From positions 95,790,001 to 95,854,000 of the forward strand of contig CM069133.1 of NCBI GenBank assembly GCA_035221665.1: DNA of 64,000 bases, given 5' to 3'. This document shows, one piece after another, positions 26,120 to 38,274 of the stretch (its first letter is position 1; each line of letters begins with the position of its first letter). The notes under the pieces are model-generated. The model ran no database searches. It was not told the origin of the DNA and saw only the letters and a list, made by a program, of their open reading frames with translations. This DNA comes from Okamejei kenojei (Eukaryota). A program made the position numbers and the translations under genes.

Positions 26120-26600
26120 AGCAAATATCATTGTAGGAAGTACGAGAGATATAGATGATGTAGAGATAAAGAACAATGAATGAAAGATATGTAAAAAAGT
26201 AAAGATGATAAAGGAAACTGGTCATTGCAAGTATTTTGTAGGGAGAAAACAAGACGGTGGTGCGACTTGGGTGGGGGAGGGATAGAGAGAGTGAATGTTG
26301 GGGTTACTTGAATTTCAATAAATCAATATTTACACCACTGGGCTGTAAGCTGCCCAAGCGAAATACTATATGAGATGTTTTTCCTCCAATTTGCATTTAG
26401 CCTCACTCTGTCAATGGAGGAGACCTAGGACAGAAAAGTCAGTGTGGGAATTGGAAGGTGAATTAAAGCAACCGGGAGAAAAGTGTTTAGAAATATCACC
26501 CATTCCTTCTCTCCAGAGATGCTGCCTGGCCTGCTGAATTACTCCAGCTTTCTGTGTCTATCTTCAGTTTATACCAGCATCTGCAGCTCCTTCCTACAAA
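26120..26600. mobile_element. PLE 3' fragment (minus) with inverted pLTR piece
   Basis: Reverse-complement GIY-YIG tail (ATATTTACACCACTGGGCTGTAAGCTGCCCAAGCG...CCTCCAATTTGC) followed by plus-strand pLTR 26493-26598. Confidence 0.65.
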
Positions 26601-29199
26601 TATCATTGTAAACCGCCTAATATTCAGACTGAAAAGTAAAACTTCCCAAACATGATTAAAAAAGAAATGTGATACAAATCTTTCAGAATTTGGATGCGAG
26701 TCCATTGAAAATATGATTTCTGATGCTGTTCAAAACCTTTCTTCAGGAACTGCTGAATGAGTCTGAGTCTCAGGACTTCAGCTGACACAGTATTATCGTG
26801 GACTTTTCTGGTCCAAGTTAAACTATTAATGTCATTTTGTAAAGTAAAGCATTAATTAATGTGACAAATTGATAGATAATGGTAAGCTCAGAGTGAATGT
26901 TTGATTTATAAACATTTTAAAGATATAAGTAATACTGGTTTAGTCCTTTTGAAATGTTGTTTTGGCAAGGAAAATCTGGCTCATCTTTCTTCTAATCCTG
27001 ACTAATTATATTTGCAATTAAACATCAAACTCCATACGTAACCAAACAAAACTAGAAATTGTTGCAAATACTCATCAGGTCAGGCAACAGCTTTGAAAAG
27101 AAAATCAGCTTTCTTGTAAGGTTGACAACCTTTCATCAGAATTGGGAAAAGGCAGGAATACATCAAGCTTTAAATTGCAGAACAAGTGGAGAAAAGTGGA
27201 GAGAAAAAGAAAAAGGGTGTTAACGGTTTGCTTGGAGGAGATACAAGTGTGCGAGGATGAATTAAATCTTAAATATCAGATGTGTAGAGGGTAAGAAAAA
27301 CAGCTACTGAAAATATGAGCTACAAGAATTGTGAGTTTAGTATTTTAATTCAATGTTGAGTGCTAAAGACTGTACTGTCAGAAGATTCCTTACACTCACG
27401 CTGAATTGTGTTGGAACATTGTCAGACACAAAAGACAGGAGTCATAATGGGATGTGCTGGATATTCAAAGTGACAATAACTTCATGTTTGGGATCATCGT
27501 CACAGGCTGAACAAAGTGGCCACCTAATCTGCATTTGGTTGCCTTATTGAGCAGGAGACCTCATTGTGAGCATCAATGAGGCACATTAAATTAGAAGTAC
27601 AAGCTAATCACTACAACACTTGGGATGAGATAAAAGTGTTTTATTATTTGTGGTTACAAAAGAAGGTGCTGTGAAAAGTGGTGTGGATACTGGTAGAGAT
27701 AGACAAACATATTCATCCACCCAAAATAAATAGTCACTTTGAAATACTGATAGGGAAGGGGCAGGTGCATCTGTTGTCCAAGTACTGAACACTCTCTTCA
27801 GGTGAAGCAGTGACTTACATATGCTTCTCTCAATTTGCATTACTGTATTCAGAGTGCATATGGCCTTATCCGCATTGAGCAGATCACTTTGCATAACAAC
27901 TACATTGTATCTGCAAAATCTCCTGTAGCACATCAGTGTCTCCATCCCATTCTCACTTTGATCCCTTTAAGTTTAGATCCCTTACATGGTCCAAATGAAG
28001 TTCACAGAGGTTTTGATCATTACAGACTTTACATCAAATTCAACAATTTATATTCATCAATATAATCCACCATTCCAATCTTGCAGCTCACTTTGAACTC
28101 TCTTCTATTAAATGTCACTAATTTTTCTCCTGCAGGAACACCTTTAAGACTCTCTTCCAATTTCATTTATATCATGTAATCTCTACTGGCCACTACCCTG
28201 TCACAGACCTTTATTCTCCTATTTTTCTCCCACCTCTGTAACTTTAAAGATGACTCATGTCTAACTTTGCAAAGGGCCATCAAGCATGAAGCTTAACTTT
28301 TACTTTTCTCGCCTAAACGTCTGCCTGACCTCCTAAGCATTTTCAATATTTTCTGCTTTATTTCAGATTTCCAACATCTAAAGTATTTCATTGTATAACC
28401 CCCCCATGGGTTTTTACCAAGCTGAATTGTTGCAATCCAGTTGCAGGATATTGTTTATTGTATCTGGATGGTGATCCTCGTCAGCTTCATCTGGCTGAAA
28501 CACGAACAAAGAAGAGAGATATTTGTGTCTCACAAATAGTGTGGATTTTACTTGCAACAAAGGGCAGCACCATTGCAGAACAGATTGATACAATATCTCT
28601 GAGAGCTAGCATCAACTCAGTGGGCCAAATAGCCTTATAATAAAACATGAGAACAATGATGTTCATGGTCATGGTTATTGAATCTTAGGGAATGCTTTGA
28701 GTGGTTCAAAGTTTTCCTGAAACTCTTGGATTGAAACAAATAAACAAAGACAACCTTATATTTGTGAAGCCTCTTTATAACATAAAGATAATCTGAAATG
28801 ATTCCCAGCTAATGAAGTTCTGCCAGTGTTATAATGTAGGAAATATGGCAGCCAATTTTTATCCAGAAAAAGCTCTAAAGAACTATAATTATATATTTTT
28901 AATTATGCTAGCTGATGGATAAATATTGGCTCTGAGATCAGGAAGAACTTATCTATTTGTCATTAAACTGTGGTTTTAGTTTTTCATAACAGCAGACATT
29001 TTGACTGAAGAAAGATATTCCCAACAGTGTTGCACTACCACCCTCCTGCATCTAAGGAATCTATGTCCTGAGGTCTTCAAGCACAATTTAAATCAAGTGA
29101 CTTCTTGTTCTCCAGGAAGTAGCACCATGGCCACTGAATCCATAACACTGCCATTTTAGCTTTCCAAACACTAGATCAGGATGTTGTTTTACAGCATTG

Positions 29200-30130
29200 T
29201 TATAGTCTTAGAGTTATAGAGTGATACCGTGTGCAAACAGGTCCTTTGGCCCAATTTGCCCACACCAGCCACCATGTCCCAGCTACACTAGTCCCACCTG
29301 CCAACATTTAATCCATAACCCTCCAAACCAGTCCTGTCCATGTACTAATCTAACTGCTTTTTAAATGTTGGGATAGTTCCTGCCTCAACTACCTCCTCTG
29401 GCAACTTGTTTCATACATCCACCACCTTTTGTGTGAAAACGTTACCCCTCAGTTTCCTATTAAATCTTTTCCCCTTCACCTTAAACCTATGTTCTCTCGT
29501 CCTCGATTCACCAACTCTGGGTAAGCGATTGTGCATCTACCCAATCTATTCTGATTATCTTATATACCTCGATTATCTTATATAACACGGTGCCTAGTAC
29601 TGAACACAATGCTCTAAATGTGGCCTCACAAACGTCTTATACAACTGCAACTTGACCTCCCAACTTCTGGCTGATGTGCCAAAAGCCTTTTTGACCACCT
29701 TATCTACCTGCGACTCCACCTTCAGGGAGTTATGCACCTCCACTCCTAGATCCCTCTGCTCTACAACACGACCCAAAGCCCTACCATTTACTATGTAGGT
29801 CCTGCCCATGTTAGACTTCCAAAAATGCAACACCTCACATTTTTCTGCATTAAATTCCATCAACCGTTCCTCAGCCCACTTGGCCAATTGATCAAAATCC
29901 TGCTGCAATTTTTCACAACCATCTTCACTATCTACAAAGCCCCCCACTTTTATATCCTCTGCAAACTTACTAATCTAGCCATGTATGGCTTCATCCAAAT
30001 CATTGGTATAGGTGACAAACAGTAACGGGCCCAGCACCGAACCCTGAGGCACACCACTAGTCACAGTCAAGAAGCAACCTTCCACCATCACCCTCTGCTT
30101 CCTTCAGGAAGCCTATTTTCAATCCATTTC
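29200..30130 (-). mobile_element. CR1/HER1 LINE 3' part
   Basis: ORF 29594-29947 (LQQDFDQLAKWAE...FNAEKCEVLHF...QRDLGV...LYKTFVRPHLEHCVQ); HER1-like tail at 29200-29300. Confidence 0.9.
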
Positions 30131-30682
30131 TATTGGATTCTATTTATATTGTTCTTGAATTGTACTCTCCAGACTGAACCAGTCATCATAATGTTACTGG
30201 TAAATTAATAAGTTTGTGAAGTGGTGTATGAATCACTGCTTTTGCCATTTATATACCTGATAGATTGTGATGTCTCATCCTCCTTGTGAAGCAACATTGG
30301 CTAAGGGAAGGAACAAATAAATAACATTGTTTTTTCAAGGGCAGACTAAATGATAATGCATTTGAATTGTGATGATATTTAGATGTTCAATAAAAAACCC
30401 AGACATGATGTTGTCTCCACCACTAGGATTTGATAGGATTTGAAAGATTTTGTCCTGTGCAGTGTTTGCAACAAAATAATAAATATATTATTTATAAATC
30501 AGTTTATGACTGTTGCACAAAGTGGTGGATATTGCATTTGAAGACCTCCAATACAAATATCCACAGGATTGACTGTGGGAACAAACCTGTCAAACAACAT
30601 AATGAACAGTAAAAGAAGAAATCCAATAGGCTCAGCACCCTGTCATTTGCATCTTCATTCCCCTCCACCTCATCCCCATCTA

Positions 30683-31475
30683 ATATAACCATATAACCAT
30701 ATAACAATTACAGCACGGAAACAGGCCCTCTCGGCCCTTCCAGTCCGTGCCGACCATTTGTTTTCCCCGAGTCCCATCTACCTGCACTCAGACCATACCC
30801 CTCCATTCCCTTCACGTCCATATACCTATCCACTTTACTCTTAAATGTTAAAATCGATCCTGCCTCCACCACTTCTGCTGGAAGCTGATTCCACACAGCC
30901 ACCACCCTCTGAGTAAAGAAGTTCCCCCTCACGTTATCCCGAAACCTCTGTCCCTTAATTCTCATGTCATGCCCTCTTGTTTGAATCTTCCCTACCCTCA
31001 AAGGGAAAAACGTATCCACGTCAACTCTGTCTATCCCATTCATCATTTTAAAGACCTCAATCAAGTCCCCCCTTAACCTTCTGCGCTCCAAAGAATAAAG
31101 ACCTAACTTGTTCACCTTTCTCTGTAACAAAGTTGCTGGAACCCTGGCAACATTCTAGTAAATCTCCTCTGTACTCTCTCTATTTTGTTGACATCCTTCC
31201 TATAACTAGGCGACCAAAATTGTACACCATACTCCAGAATTGGTCTTACCAATGCCTTGTACAATTTTAACATTACTTCCCTACTCCTATATTCAATGCT
31301 CTGATTTATAAAGGCCAGCACACCAAAGGCTTTCTTTACCACTCTATCTACATGCGATTCCACCTTCAGGGAACTATGCACAGTTATTCCTAGATCCCTC
31401 TGTTCCACAGCATTCCTCAATTCCCTACCATTTACCATGTACGTCCTATTTTGATTTGTCCTGCCAAGCTGTAGC
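30683..31475 (-). mobile_element. CR1/HER1 LINE 3' part (relatively young)
   Basis: ORFs 31112-31438 and 30708-31130 (RPILEYGVQFWSP...LYSLERRRLRGDLIEVFK...FFTQRVVAVWNQLP); short tandem tail ATATAACC. Confidence 0.93.
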
Positions 31476-31724
31476 CTTAGTCCATATGTGTCACAGCTAA
31501 CTACCAGGCCATTAAGCCAGTGATCTTGGATTAGAGAGGCTGATTATTCTTTGAGTTCAACAAAAAAGAAAGGCTCTCGTTTAATTTGGAGATCTGTTTG
31601 CTTGCAACATTTTTTGAGGATGTAGATAACAATTATTCAGCATAGTCAAATTGTAGGATTATTCACAACATATACTGACTCAAATGCTTATGTTTACCGG
31701 GGAACATTGATTGATTAAAAGAAA

Positions 31725-32245
31725 CAGCATGGAAACATGTCCTTCAGCCTACCAAGTCCACACCAACCATTGATCGCCCGTTCACACTAGTTCTATGGTC
31801 TCCCACTTTCAAATCCGTTCATAGAGTCATTGAGTCATAGTGTCATACAGCATGGTAACAGGCCCAGCGGCCCAACTTGCCCACACCAACTAACATCCCA
31901 TGTATACTAGTTACACCTGCCTGCATTTGGCCTATATCCCTCTAAACATGTCCTATCCATGTACCTATCTAAATGTTTCTTAAACATTGCAATAGTTTCT
32001 GCCGCAACTACCTCCTCGGGCAGCTCGTTCCATACACCCATCAGGTGTATGGAAAAGTTACCCATCAGATTTCTATTAAATCTTTCCCCCCGTTCCTTAA
32101 ACCTATGTCCTCCGGTTCTCGATTCCCCTACTTTGGGCAAGAGACTTTGTGCATCAACCCGATATATTCCTCTCATGATTTTGTACACTTCTATAAGATC
32201 ATTTCCTGCACACTAGGGACAATTTATAGAGTCAAATTAACCTAC
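31725..32245 (-). mobile_element. CR1 3' end (~31820-32205) nested in a V-SINE fragment
   Basis: ORF 31907-32188 (YKIMRG...WNELPEEVV); SINE 3' sequence on both sides. Confidence 0.8.
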
Positions 32246-32812
32246 AGACCCAAATGGTTGGATTTGCACCTCCTGACTTACATTACACAAATGTGCGCAA
32301 AAACAAATGGTGCTGGCAGGAACAGCAGCAGAAACATCTCATCAGAGAGCCCAGCCTTCCCAAAGCTGTGCTTGGAAGAATATAGATGATGAAAGCTAGT
32401 GGGCCATTATTCAAAAACTGATTTCAATTCCATGACTGCAGAGAGAAAATAAATCATTTCACAAGCATGAGTGAAGAGACTGTGATTACTTGTTGATCCC
32501 TATACACAGTAACCCGTTGAATGGACTATCAAACATCACAGTTAAATAAAGAAAAGGGCCTCTTCTCTATGGTCTTTAGACTTGGGAAGATGCATGTTTG
32601 TCATATTAAGTAAACTGATAGACACCTTTCCGATGTTTTATCATTCCCCACGAATCTGCATCAAGCTGCTTTCTGGCACAGTGTGCAATGAAATGCAACT
32701 GAAGCGTGAGGCTTCTGACGCAAAAGACACAGGAATGATGACTGATCAAAACACTTTCACTTCATGCCTGCTCTCAGTCAGAATGAACAAACTGCATCAT
32801 CAGCTGATGGCA

Positions 32813-32866
32813 GGGGTGGAAGATCCCAACCTTCACGTGGTCCGCCCTGTTTGGACGAATGCAATC
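32813..32866 (+). ncRNA. HDV/CPEB3-like ribozyme fold with minimal P4
   Basis: P1 GGGGTGG/CCGCCCT, P3 ACC/GGT, L3 TTCACGT, GT, J4/2 CGAA, P2 GATCCCA/TGCAATC (two mismatches in this copy). Confidence 0.75.
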
Positions 32867-32954
32867 AACCCGGTGTGCACAATCAAAAATGATCAAATAG
32901 AACAAGTTGTCCTACAACTTTAGGCAGCGCGCGCCATACGCAAGAAGAAGAAGA
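32813..32954 (+). mobile_element. Ribozyme-headed short retroposon, copy 1
   Basis: HDV-like fold 32813-32866, structured 3' domain, (AAG)n tail, TSD AGCTGATGGCA at 32802-32812 and 32955-32965. Confidence 0.85.
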
Positions 32955-33057
32955 AGCTGATGGCAAAGTCTGCATCCATCCAGCAGCAGTATTTGATGAG
33001 ATCAAGGCTCCAAAAGCCAAATGTCATCAGCCAAGAACAACTTGATATGAGACAACT

Positions 33058-33355
33058 GGGCAGCACGGTGGTGCAACGGTAGAGATGCTGCCTTACAGAG
33101 CCAGAGACCCGGGTATGATCCTGACTATGGATGCTGTCTGTAAGGATATTTTACGTTCTCCCGTGACCTGTGTGAGTTTTCTCTAGGTGCTCCAGTTTCC
33201 TCCCACACTCCCAAGATGTACAAGTTTGTACGTTAATTGGCTTCGGTAAAACTGTAAATTGTCCCTACTGTAGGATAGTGTTAGTGTGCGAGGATCGTTG
33301 GTTGATGCGGATTCTGTGGATTAAAGGGCCTGTTTCAGCAATGTATCTCTAAAAC
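33058..33355 (+). mobile_element. V-SINE (HE1-like), full length
   Basis: GGGCAGCACGGTGGTGCAACGGTAGAG...GGTATGATCC...TTTCCTCCCACACTCCCAAGA...AAGGGCCTGTTTC...TATCTCTAAAA. Confidence 0.88.
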
Positions 33356-34279
33356 CCAAAACTGACTCACTTTCTACTGACCCCCTTTCTACTGAACCCA
33401 TGAAGCTGCACCACGTAGAGATGGGTGTATAGAATCCTATGTACTTCCATGAGGGTACGTTCTCCTGCATCTAATATCATTGTATATATTGTCCGTTATT
33501 TAGTCATTGCACTTAAATTTAACACAATTTTTCTGAATATTGGACATAAGAACAAATGCATTATGAGCAGTCGTAGTCTATGTGGCACCTCATGTCTGCT
33601 TCACTAGTTCAATAGTTTAATAGTGCTTTATTGTCACATGTGTCTGTATTGTCACATAAGTCGAAAGATTTGGCGCCATTTCCAAAGTACGGTCTAATAA
33701 GATCAATAGCCAATTTGATCTTGGCTTCCATTCCACCGTTCTACCTATTCTCCATAAGTCACTTACATTTAGTTCAAAAATCTGTACACCTTGGCCTTGA
33801 ATGTATTTAATGTTCGATGATATCCAATCTTGGTGGCTCATGGTAGATTATGTTTTTAGTGCAATGAATTGGAATGGGATGAATGGATTAATTGGAAAAT
33901 ATAGATTAATGTGCCCAGTTTGGGGGTGGGAGTTGGGGGGGTGAAAGGTGACTGGTTGTTACAAAGACCACCTTGTGTCTATGGTATTGGAATATTACAG
34001 GGTGACAAGGGGGATTGTTGGGAACCTGGTGGGCAATGTGGGATTTGAATGGGTGCAACATGAATAGACTGGTTTAACCTAAATAAACCTTATATGAATA
34101 AAGACATCTTTGCTTTGGATTTGTTGGCTGCTGCTTCGAAGATCTTTGATAGGTGAGTTCGAAAAGACCCAGAGATACAATGCAATGGCAGCCACCAATA
34201 CCACACTTAAGTATCAATCCCAGCTTCTTCTGGGAACTGGTAGTTATCTGTCACCAACTGAGGAAATACCCACTGTCTC

Positions 34280-34590
34280 ATTTAGACTTTAGACTTTAAA
34301 GATACAGAGTGGAAACAGGTCCATCAGCGCACAGAGGCTGCGCCAAGCAGCGATCATCCTGTTCACTATCACGATCCAACACACCAGGGGCAATTTACAA
34401 TTCACAGAAGCCATTAATCTACAAACCTGTATATGTTTGGAGTGTGGGAGGAAACCAGAGCACCTGGAGAAAACTCATATGGTCACAGGGAAAATGGACA
34501 AACTCCGTACAGACAACATCCGTAGTCAGGATCGAACCTGGGTCGCTGGCGCTGTAAAGCAGCAACTCTACCCCTGCACCACTGTGCCAT
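34280..34590 (-). mobile_element. V-SINE (HE1-like)
   Basis: Reverse complement of the 33058 family; B-box GGTTCGATCC. Confidence 0.85.
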
Positions 34591-35752
34591 CCTGACATGT
34601 GGTTATTTGGAAAAACTACTATGTGAGCAGCACCTCTTTGTTGTTTCCACCTCTGGCTGCCGTTCTATGTTGTCTAACTCCAGGTCTCTCACTTGCAGGT
34701 CCTGGCAGCAACATTTGTTCCCCATCTGAATTCCATTCTACCATACCCATCCTCTGCTACGTGAGAAAAGCTGAAAGGATTCACTTTCAACCGTTTTAGT
34801 CGTGTGAACTGTGTATTTCCAAACACTTTAACCAGCTCCCTCATTTACGTTTCTTCCTCACCTTTGCTTCACAGATGAGTTTCTGAAAGATCAGGAATCT
34901 TGTGGATGCAACTCTGAATTCAATTCAGCTGCAACACTGCTCCTGTTAAGGAGTTACTCCCATTCACAGCCAAACTAACCCAAACTAGCATGCTCTGGTT
35001 AAAAGTTGGATCTAACTTCCCTGCACCATGACATTGTTAGTTTATCCCCATATACCCCGACACCTGCCCCATAATCAGCTCCTACCCCCCACACACTCCT
35101 ACATAGTAAAATGCCTGTCACGATTTCTGCTGCACTTCGTTAGATCTTAACAAGGTGACAAGCTGCTGCAGATGCACAGAAATTGACAGTCATATTTTAA
35201 ATTATTGTTGTTTTTTAATGTCCTGGAGTAAACTGGTGTGATTCATGCTTTGTCAGCCAGTTCTATAGCAGAAGGATGGGTGAGTGTGCCATCCAAATTC
35301 TATCCTGCTATTAGCAGAGCAGCTATACTTCAAGTTGCCTGAATGTGTGTAGATTCTGCCTGCCTTTGTGGCTTTTTTCCAAGTTTTAGATTTTTGCTTT
35401 ACCATATCTAAATTTGAAAACTAAATTAACATCTGAGTGCTCATTTATTGTCACTTTTTCCTGGGAAATAGAAACACTAGAGCAAGAGAGACTGCACACA
35501 ATTCTGTCAAGTTTACTATTAATAGAATATGTTGCGGGTGCAGTTCCTTTATCGCATGTGTTACGAATCAGCCATGAACATGCACTTCCTACGCTGAAAT
35601 CTACAACTCAAAATGTGAGGTCTTTTGAAGAGACTGAGTCATCTTTGACAACTCTTCGCGAGGGTATACGGTGAGCTAAGTCGATGCACAGGGGATGGAT
35701 CAGAAGTGTTGCTGCTATCAGCAGGCACATGCATTTGCTGCCTAAAATATAT

Positions 35753-36355
35753 TCCATATAACTATTAAAACTCTCTTTGTTAGCTTGTTTGTTTGTTTGG
35801 TTGTTTGGTTGTCAGTCACATCTCCTCCAAAACCCGACGCGGTAACGGAGACATTTTACATATTCTGGTAGAGATTTACCTCATGAATTCAAATATCTCC
35901 TCATCCCCCCTCCCACCTCTCCCCCCTCTCCCCCCTTCCCCTCTCTCTCTCTCCCCCTCCCCCCTCCCCACACTCTACCCTCTCCCCCTCTTCCCCCTCT
36001 TCACTCCCTCCCTCTCCCCTCCCTCCCCTCTCCCCCCCTCTCCCCTCCCTCCCCCCTCTCCCCCCCCTCCCTTTCTCCCCTTCCGTCCCCCTCCCCTCCC
36101 CCTCCACCCCCTTTCCCCACACTCCCCCTCNNNNNNNNNNNNNNNNNNNNNNNNNNNNNNNNNNNNNNNNNNNNNNNNNNNNNNNNNNNNNNNNNNNNNN
36201 NNNNNNNNNNNNNNNNNNNNNNNNNNNNNNNNNNNNNNNNNNNNNNNNNNNNNNNNNNNNNNNNNNNNNAGTGTGTGTGTGACGCCACAGCCCCTCCCCC
36301 ACCTCGCAACTGAACATTGGGGGGGACAGGGCCCAACGGGTCCCCCTTGGTCTAG
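35753..36355 (+). mobile_element. Non-autonomous Helitron (spans an N gap)
   Basis: 5' TC...ACTATTAAAACTCT, (GTTT)n microsatellite, C/T-rich interior, 3' hairpin GGGCCCAACGGGTCC then CTAG|T. Confidence 0.75.
36131..36269. other. Assembly gap (139 N)
   Basis: Direct observation. Confidence 0.99.
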
Positions 36356-37439
36356 TATTCTTTAAAAAGCCAAAGCAAAATGAAGTAAGCAAGTGTCAAT
36401 AGAGAACAGGCTTCTGGCTCTATGACCAGTTGCAATGGATGGCCTGAATTCAGCACGATAACTGCTGCCATGGCTTTTGTGGGTTCCTCGGGCTTATACC
36501 ACTGCTGCTTGAAGTATATCCACCACCAGCTTATGGAAGAAGTGAGAAATTCCTGACATGGGAGTCTGGAAAATTTAAATGCATATTTCAGCAACTCGAG
36601 ATTATTTTCTCTGTTACTCTTAACACTCCTGGATGTAGAGCCGATGGTAATTGCCATTCGCACCTCTCGCCTCTGGTACCCCACCTCTTCCTGGATCGTC
36701 GACCTACAAGCAAGATGCATACTGGTAATGAAACCAAAGGTAGCATTTACTGCAAGGGTTTCAAGTACAAATTGTCAATGGAGTGTCCTCTCCTGTGGAA
36801 CAACAAATAGTAGAATTTGACGCGAAACATCACCCATTCCTTCTTTCCAGAGATGCTGCGTGTCCCGCTGAGTTACTCCAGCATTTGGTGTATATTTTTG
36901 GTGTAAACCAGCATCAGCACTTCCTTCCTACACAAATAGTGGACCCTTATCTCTTTTGTATTACTTTTCAAATGAATCCCCACGACCATCGATTTGGCCA
37001 CACATATGAAAACCTTTTCCCCTGTCGGCATCTGAGGAAAGCCCTTTGGGAGAAATACTCCTCACTTGCTCCTCACTTCCTGTGTCCTCCTCTACTCCAT
37101 GAATCAACCTATGGCTGCAGTCAACACTTGAGGTGTGGAACCTACCCTGCTTTAGCACAAATGGCCACTGATAAAACTGACATACCAGCTACTGTACTTT
37201 CGGTATATCACAGCAATCTGAAAAATGTACTGTCAGCCACTTAACAATTTCCGATCTGTAGGTCAATATTGACACATTAAAGGTTAATGAGGAAGGAACA
37301 AAGAGCTGTTAACATGCAAAATGAAATTTATGCAGGAGAGTTTTTACGCTAACTGAGCTTACATCGGTGGGTTTGTGCAAAGCACCAGTCCAAACCTGAT
37401 AAGCAGGAGTGCTGGAAGATAGGGGAATGTGGTACCGTT

Positions 37440-37720
37440 TAGGTTAGTTTAGACGGTGGGGACAAGTGATCCCCACACATTAACACTATCCCACACCCAC
37501 TAGGGACAATTTTTACATTTACCAAGCCAATTAACCTACAAACCTGCACGTCTTTGGAGTGTGGGAGAAAACCGAAGATCTCGGAGAAAACCCATGCAGG
37601 TCACGAGGAGAACATACAAACTCCGTACAGACAGCACCCATAGTCAGGATCGAACCTGGGTCTCTGGCGCTGCATTCACTGTAAGGCAGCAACTCTACCA
37701 CTGCACCACCGGGACCGCCC
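37440..37720 (-). mobile_element. V-SINE (HE1-like)
   Basis: Reverse complement GGGCGGTCCCGGTGGTGCAGTGGTAGAG...GGTTCGATCC with V-domain. Confidence 0.87.
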
Positions 37721-38274
37721 TACCACATGAGCATCTTTTGTCCCTGCATAACCAGACAGCGATGGGCATGAGCATTTGTAATCGTGATGATGTACTCAGA
37801 CTTAGCAGCACTCTAAGAGCCATTTAAAGGATTTTGTTGGGCTGACGAAGCATTGACAATAACATTTATTCCGCGTTCTTGCAGCAAAACATGACTGACC
37901 GAGGTGAGAGCAACAAAGCAACTCTGACAAAGCGTGAATATTTTTTTTAACAGAAGCCCACGTTTCAGACACCGCAGAAGTTCACTCAAAAGCTAGGAGG
38001 GGGAAGCAGCAACCAGATGAACAGGATTCACCTCTTGAGAAGCCCACTGGGACAGTGGACAGGGTGACCACTGGTCGGTGCAGACTAGGTGGGCCAAAGG
38101 GCCTGTTTCCACTCTGTATCTCTAAAGATACTAAAGATACCTTCTTTGTGATTATCATGTCCCCTCCCCAAAATTAACACTATATTTTCTTTTCAGTCAA
38201 GAGTTGATTACAAGAGGTTACATTTCAAATCAGATCATGTTTGGTCTGTGTGCAGTGGAATACAGATGTACAGA

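Noticed and set aside
33058-33135. tRNA genes at SINE heads (also 14052, 34590, 37720)
   Set aside because: Each continues into the V-SINE body and tail; no convincing cloverleaf or terminator.
35793-36392. ORFs spanning the N gap
   Set aside because: Low complexity plus Ns inside a Helitron.
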